DNA of 63,665 bases, the filler included, from Licmophora abbreviata (lineage: Eukaryota): assembly GCA_900291995.1 (NCBI GenBank). It is 16 parts of 16 records of this genome, joined end to end, with 100 filler letters (N's around TTAATTAATTAA, not from the genome) between each part and the next. Parts side by side here need not be neighbours in the genome. Positions count along the whole stretch, not along the records: positions 55,754 to 58,482 come from OLMU01002104.1; positions 58,583 to 62,495 come from OLMU01002105.1; positions 62,596 to 63,665 come from OLMU01002112.1; 13 more parts are not named here. The stretch is one strand, 5' to 3'. Below are positions 58,356 to 63,665 of this stretch, in pieces. Positions within the stretch are counted from its first letter, which is position 1; the number at the start of each line of letters is the position of its first letter. Under the pieces are notes generated by a model. The model was not told the DNA's origin, searched no databases, and saw nothing but the letters and a program-made list of their open reading frames with translations. A program made the position numbers and the translations under genes.

Positions 58356-59678
58356 CTATACCATCTCCACCAACGCAGTAGTACTACTCGAAGCATTTGA
58401 ACTCGTCGTCGACGATCTGGTCACTACACCACTGATGGACGAACGTGTCAAGGACTGCATCAGCTGCTCGTCCATGTTATTGNNNNNNNNNNNNNNNNNN
58501 NNNNNNNNNNNNNNNNNNNNNNNNNNTTAATTAATTAANNNNNNNNNNNNNNNNNNNNNNNNNNNNNNNNNNNNNNNNNNNNGTACTATTCCAGCATCTC
58601 TCTTGCTATTGTGGTTGCTGTTGTTGTTCCCAAAGCAGCACGAGAACCATACTGTACTAATACAGTGTTGTACCAATTGTCGTGCCAAGAAGCGTCCAAG
58701 GACGACACAGGTAGCTCCCGCCGCCGCATCCAACCAAAAATGATTGCCCGTGACGAGAATGACAAAGACCATACAGACGACATGCGCCACAGCCGTAATT
58801 CTCGATGCTCGACGACGACTAAAACTCGCAGTAGTAGAAGTTGTTGTTGTTGTTTGCAAGGTATCCAACCACGTGAGACAGCTCCAGAGAGCCCAACCAG
58901 TGTGCATACTGGGCATGGCGGCATACGGGTTGCCGCCTTCCTTGTGCAGTTTGTCGTAGAGCGTTTCTTCTTGTGCCATGGTATCGACAATGCTCCAGTA
59001 GGGTGTGAGTACACGGTCTTCGTAGTCGGACAAGACGACGTCTCCCGCATCGATGTATTCGGCCTTGTATCGCGCCATGAGTCTGGGTGGCATGGTGGGT
59101 AGAAAGGTGAAGAGGAGGAGTGCAAGCACAAGCATGATGAAAAAGGCGAGTCGGTGTTGGAATTGAGGGTCGCGTTGTAAAATCAAGAGACGGGCCATGA
59201 CTCCAAAGGGAACGACAAAGTGAAAGACGGCGTAGTAGGCGTTGGCCACTGGAATGATCCAATGACAGTACTTGAAGACAAAGGTCTGAAGGGGCGGTTC
59301 TAGGTCCATGCCAAGAGCGTGTTCCCATTGCACCAGACGAGTGGCAGTGCCAAAGGCGTCGTGGACGACTCCTGCGCTGTTGGCCGAAGGAGTACAGAGA
59401 AGCCTTGAATTCTCGTAGAGAAAGAGGCAGATGGCCAGCATGGAGAACTGTATCGTCAAGGAGCGGTGCAAGGACAGCGCCTGGTCGGTCGTTCCCTTGC
59501 AGTCTTGGCATCCTCGCGTCCAGCACTGGTACAAGGGCTTGGCCGCCGTCAGCGCGTACACGAGTGCCAAGACGAGAAACTTGGGCGACAGGACGATCCC
59601 CAGCAACAGACTCACGGCTGGGGCCGCTAAGAGTCGAAGACTGTGACTAGTAGCTTTCGAAGAGTTGGGAGTGCTCAT
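58356..59678 (-). CDS. PAP2_3 / Aur1-like (inositol phosphorylceramide synthase family) phosphotransferase; spans gap 58483-58582
   Basis: TM helices; P..PPRL, NPYAAMPSMHTGW, TGNHFWLD (His/His/Asp triad). Probable C-terminus ...ALVEMV* lies beyond the gap. Confidence 0.8.
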
Positions 59679-60011
59679 GGGACAGCGAAAAAGAGGTCGA
59701 CAACACACCTGATGATGATGATGACAAAAGTGAGACGACCAAAATTGAAAATTGGAACTCGAAAAAGCACAGTGAGGGGGCACCCGCGCGACACACGCGC
59801 GTCGATCAATCGTTTGAAATGCCCTGCTCACAGCGCGCGCTGGCAGAGTCGAGTCGAGTCTCACGAGTCGCACAACCGTGATCCTCATTGAAGTTACCGG
59901 TCAATCGCGTCAATGCAACACAACACACCGTCATCACTCAGCTCACCTACTACTCGTATATTGCTTATCACGCAGCGTAACGTCTGCACCGCCATCATCT
60001 ATCGTTCCACC

Positions 60012-61226
60012 ATGATGCGCAATATTGCCTCTGGTCTGAAGCTAAGGGCCTCGCCGTCGCCAGAAAGAGAGTTCGAGGACGATATGGAAGCGCTGGTTCC
60101 CCCGAATGGCGCTTCACGACTAGTAGCGTCGTCATCACCCCGTCCGACCAAGCAATCATCAGCAGCAAAGCCAACGAGCGCTCTCCTGCTGCACTACTTA
60201 CTTCCGAGACTGCTTATCGCATTTCTCCTGGGGATCTCTCTTTACCGCGTTCCTCCTCTTTTTCTCGAACTTTTCTTTTTCCCGGCGCATGGCGTCATGA
60301 TGCCCAATGGAATCCACGGCGTCCAGGTCCCTGCATCCCTGCCTTTGCCCAAAGAATTGAATCGCTTTCCGAAACGCATTCACGTCACATACAAGTCCAT
60401 CGACGACCTATCTCCCGCTTGGAAGGAATCCCTGCAAGAATGGAAACGCCTCCATCCAGCCTGGGAAGTCAAATTCTGGTCCGATGACGACATTGACGCA
60501 TTTGTGTCCAAGGAGTTTCCCACCTTTTATGACACCGTCTTTCGAACCTACCCGTACATGATTCAGCGTGTCGATGCCGTGCGATACCTCATTCTTCTCA
60601 AATATGGAGGCATCTACTCGGATCTCGACATTTACCCAGCGCAGAACCTCGAAGGCCTCGTTTCCTATTTCGAACAACAAGACAAGGAAGTGGTACTTGC
60701 CAAAACATTGAACGCCGGTCTTACCAACGCCTTCATGATGGCTGCTCCCAACTCGGACTTTATGCATTGTGTCGTCGACAGTCTACCCTACTATCAGAAT
60801 CGATTCTATCACATTATTCATTGGAGACATTGGAAAGTCTTGTCGTCGGCTGGTTCCACATTCCTCTGGGGGGCTCTGGGGTTCTGCGGGACATCCAGAG
60901 AAGCCGTCTTGGCCACAAACTCCTTTCGAAAATGTTCCGTCTGTGACACTTGGCAAACTACGACACGCCCCTCTGCTGACTGGTGCAACACGGAATACTT
61001 TAAACACACGTCGGAAAATTCGAGTTGGCATCAGACGCACTCGTGGTTTCACAGGCTTTGGTTTGGAATGACCATGTCGCTCTTTTGTCAACCACAACAA
61101 GCTTGCTTGCTCATTAGTCTTGTGCTGGTATTCTTAGCACCCAAGATTCGGAGGCTTGTTGTAGCGCGAGGTCGTTTTGGTCGTCAGACAAGGCCGCTTA
61201 GTGAGACGGCGGCGTTGGGTTCTTAG
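60012..61226 (+). CDS. GT32 glycosyltransferase, Sur1/Csh1 (MIPC synthase)-like
   Basis: N-terminal TM; PKRIH.T, W...HP.W...W.D, YPY.IQRVDAVRYLIL.KYGGIY.DLD (DxD), TNAFM, SAG..FL, SSWH; C-terminal TM. Confidence 0.85.
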   Translation: MMRNIASGLKLRASPSPEREFEDDMEALVPPNGASRLVASSSPRPTKQSSAAKPTSALLLHYLLPRLLIAFLLGISLYRVPPLFLELFFFPAHGVMMPNGIHGVQVPASLPLPKELNRFPKRIHVTYKSIDDLSPAWKESLQEWKRLHPAWEVKFWSDDDIDAFVSKEFPTFYDTVFRTYPYMIQRVDAVRYLILLKYGGIYSDLDIYPAQNLEGLVSYFEQQDKEVVLAKTLNAGLTNAFMMAAPNSDFMHCVVDSLPYYQNRFYHIIHWRHWKVLSSAGSTFLWGALGFCGTSREAVLATNSFRKCSVCDTWQTTTRPSADWCNTEYFKHTSENSSWHQTHSWFHRLWFGMTMSLFCQPQQACLLISLVLVFLAPKIRRLVVARGRFGRQTRPLSETAALGS

Positions 61227-61364
61227 CGTGTACCCTGGTACCTGTACTACACCATCAGTCTATTTGTGACGCTCTGCCGCTAGATCTTATCAACCACAGT
61301 CAATACATTGTAAAGTAAGACCACAGCTAAACCTACTACGTTATTGACACCTACGAACAACTTT

Positions 61365-62495
61365 TCATGTGTCCATCCCATGGTCGCCCCGCAAACTAGA
61401 ATGTTCCAATCGGCGTTCCGTACTCGCGACCGATGCGTCACGCGGTCCAAAGTAGCCGTCGCCAAAGTGAACTTGGACTGCCTCTCGAGTGACAGGATAC
61501 TGAATGGTAAAGTTCGAGGCCACCAGGGGCTCTTCGTTGCGCTGGGTGTTCACAAAGAGCGCCTTAAAGTCGGTGCCGTCGTCATTGCCGTTCCAGTAAT
61601 GAGAGCTGGCAAACAAGCCTTGAAGTGTCAGCTGTACACCCTTGAAGTTCGCCGTCTCAAGCAGCACATATGTATCGTCAGGGTCTCCCTCCAACTTGTA
61701 GTACCCTTCGCACATGCTGTCTTGACCATCGTATCGGCATCGCGCCTTAAGGACCATGCGCTTGGCATTTTCGAGACCATCCGAGTCAAAGATATCAATC
61801 TTCGTGGCAGTGGTGAACAGGTACGCCAATTCTCGGTACTGGACCCTCAGTAGTTCGTCGCACGTTCGTACCACAGAAAAGTACTGTCCAGATCCAATCG
61901 GGAACCCGTCGTCGTCCTGCTCTTGTCGGAACATGATTCCGGCCTTGGCGAACTTGTCGCAGTGAGAGTTGGAGAGGGAAACAATGGTACTCAGCTCGAC
62001 CCACTCTCCGACGGTAGCCTCTTCAGATAGAAAGAGAACACGAAGATCGTCGAGTCTTCCCCATGCATCCCCGTTGTCCGCATACATGTACATGATGGAT
62101 GCGCCCTCGTCGTCTCCAGGAAACTCGGAAACATCGACTCCATTGAGCGTCTGGAACGGGTATCCGTATCGATTGTGTGTCTTGCCGAAGGTGTCCTTGT
62201 GAAAGTTAACTTTGTCCGTGGCAATGTGGTGAAACTGGTTGGCGACAGCCATGTCCCACTTCTCCTGACTGTTGATATCGCTGGAATCGTAGACACGAGA
62301 AATATAGCCCGCTTGATAGACGGCAGGCGCTACTTCCGAGTACTTGCTGTTTTGATTGTAGAAGACACTGTACGACGACTGTCCAATCTCTTCTACCGTC
62401 TTGATGGAGCTTGAGGCAAAGGCCTTGCGAACATTGCACTCTGCGTCCGAGGTGCAGTAGGTGTCTTGTCCGGTGGTGATGACCCAGATGAACTT
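61365..62495 (-). CDS. Unknown protein (5' end in gap) containing a concanavalin-like (DUF1349-like) module
   Basis: Frame open from the gap edge to TGA. Contains GDAWG..D....F...V......KFAKAGIMFR...VQYR. Confidence 0.6.
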   Translation of the reverse strand, partial: KFIWVITTGQDTYCTSDAECNVRKAFASSSIKTVEEIGQSSYSVFYNQNSKYSEVAPAVYQAGYISRVYDSSDINSQEKWDMAVANQFHHIATDKVNFHKDTFGKTHNRYGYPFQTLNGVDVSEFPGDDEGASIMYMYADNGDAWGRLDDLRVLFLSEEATVGEWVELSTIVSLSNSHCDKFAKAGIMFRQEQDDDGFPIGSGQYFSVVRTCDELLRVQYRELAYLFTTATKIDIFDSDGLENAKRMVLKARCRYDGQDSMCEGYYKLEGDPDDTYVLLETANFKGVQLTLQGLFASSHYWNGNDDGTDFKALFVNTQRNEEPLVASNFTIQYPVTREAVQVHFGDGYFGPRDASVASTERRLEHSSLRGDHGMDT

Positions 62496-62861
62496 NNNNN
62501 NNNNNNNNNNNNNNNNNNNNNNNNNNNNNNNNNNNNNNNTTAATTAATTAANNNNNNNNNNNNNNNNNNNNNNNNNNNNNNNNNNNNNNNNNNNNCCCAC
62601 GTAGCTATCGGTGTTGATTCGAAATTTATCGACAGACAGTCCCGCAGAAAATCCACCACGAGACTTGCGGCTTTTTTGACCTTGGTCACTTTTTTCGGAG
62701 GCGGCGACGATGACGAGTGCGTTGGAGTGATCGTGACAAGATTCGTTGAGCTTCAGTCGATCAGAAAGAGGGACCGGAAGCCGTTGGATCACGATTGCAT
62801 CCAAGACTAGACTTCAGAGCACCTCTAGAGTGTCCATTCCCAGCAAACAAACAACACGACC

Positions 62862-63665
62862 ATGAGCGACATTCATCATCAGGGCGTCGGAGGGGACTTA
62901 CAGATCAGTGAAAAGGACCGCGTTCGTCCTCCTCCCATCATCACTGATCTCTGGGACGAATCGTCCCCCTTCCAGACTATAACGGGGAATGATGTTTCTC
63001 TGTCTCCCATTGCCGAAGTCCGTCGTGGGCGTCTCAACACTGCTGAAACGGCGCCAATCCGGAACTACCCCGTCAAATCACCCACGGAGCACTCGACTGC
63101 CAAAATTCTGGAAGAAACCACCGATAAAGAGGAGGAAGAGGACGATCGCTTTGATACCGCCATGGCCGATGAAGACGCTTCTCTGATTTCTTCCCTGTCA
63201 AACGACGATTCCCGCATCGTGAACGTTGCTAGCGTTCCCAGCATGCCGGTCTTGCAAGAGCAGGACCGCGCATCTCCACCAATGGAAGTTGACATTCCGT
63301 CTACTGGTGTTGACAAGTTTCCTTGGCGGCGGCTGGACTCAGATCTATCAGGTTCAGCACGTGTCGTAACGGCGTCACCCTCGGTACCGCGCCCAACCTT
63401 GGGTCGCCACATGTCTGCTCCTGTTCCTCACAACAACTCAATGGACTTTTCCGTGGCTTCCACCATGACGACAGCCTCTCAGTCGGCTTTCACTGCTACG
63501 TCGGTTTCGACCATGGAATCCTTGATTCAAGAATTGTCACTCCAGAATGCAGCCGTCACTGAAACTGCCAGATTGTTGGGCGAACGAAGACGTCGTACCC
63601 ATCGTCGCGCGCGGTCAGCGACTGGCCTTAGCGTCGGAAGTGTCGTGGGACAGTCGTCCTTGACT
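62862..63665 (+). CDS. 5' part of a gene with a low-complexity disordered N-terminus, running off the window
   Basis: ACCATG start; frame open for 268 codons to the window edge. Confidence 0.65.
   Translation, partial: MSDIHHQGVGGDLQISEKDRVRPPPIITDLWDESSPFQTITGNDVSLSPIAEVRRGRLNTAETAPIRNYPVKSPTEHSTAKILEETTDKEEEEDDRFDTAMADEDASLISSLSNDDSRIVNVASVPSMPVLQEQDRASPPMEVDIPSTGVDKFPWRRLDSDLSGSARVVTASPSVPRPTLGRHMSAPVPHNNSMDFSVASTMTTASQSAFTATSVSTMESLIQELSLQNAAVTETARLLGERRRRTHRRARSATGLSVGSVVGQSSLT

Noticed and set aside
1842..62595. Recurring TTAATTAATTAA palindrome
   Set aside because: Always embedded in N runs; it is a scaffolding linker, not biology.

Overview
Gene-dense eukaryotic nuclear DNA, most likely from a diatom or related stramenopile. 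This is inferred from short GT-AG introns of about 70-110 nt, bipartite plastid-targeting leaders of the ASA-F/W type, and diatom-type HMG-box, EGF and class C GPCR genes. It is a draft scaffold with 15 artificial 100-nt gaps (N44-TTAATTAATTAA-N44), some duplicated contig ends, and three single-base frameshifts that look like homopolymer errors. About 30 protein genes can be read, including P4H, two CPBP/Abi proteases, HMG-box, DONSON, DNAJC11-like, sarcosine oxidase, Rieske, NadD-like, GPCR-C, Twinkle, DOMON-cyt b561, TANGO2, RluA-family synthase, MFS, S8 subtilase, XMAP215/ch-TOG, GSK3, CAT transporter, VOC, SKI3-like, PAP2_3 and GT32. The most interesting signals are: (1) a head-to-head pair of an Aur1/IPC-synthase-like gene and a Sur1-like GT32 gene around a central palindrome, a candidate two-gene glycosyl-inositol-phosphoceramide module; (2) an unrecognised 'AEDAELLAELRAIS..S..RF' repeat array at the N-terminus of XMAP215; (3) a plastid-type CPBP protease fused to EF-hands; (4) a signal-peptide protein that looks like a beta-barrel; (5) a bacterial-style, probably GPI-anchored subtilase. 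I recognised no RNA genes, transposons or CRISPR arrays. All family calls come from motif recognition by eye, not database searches.
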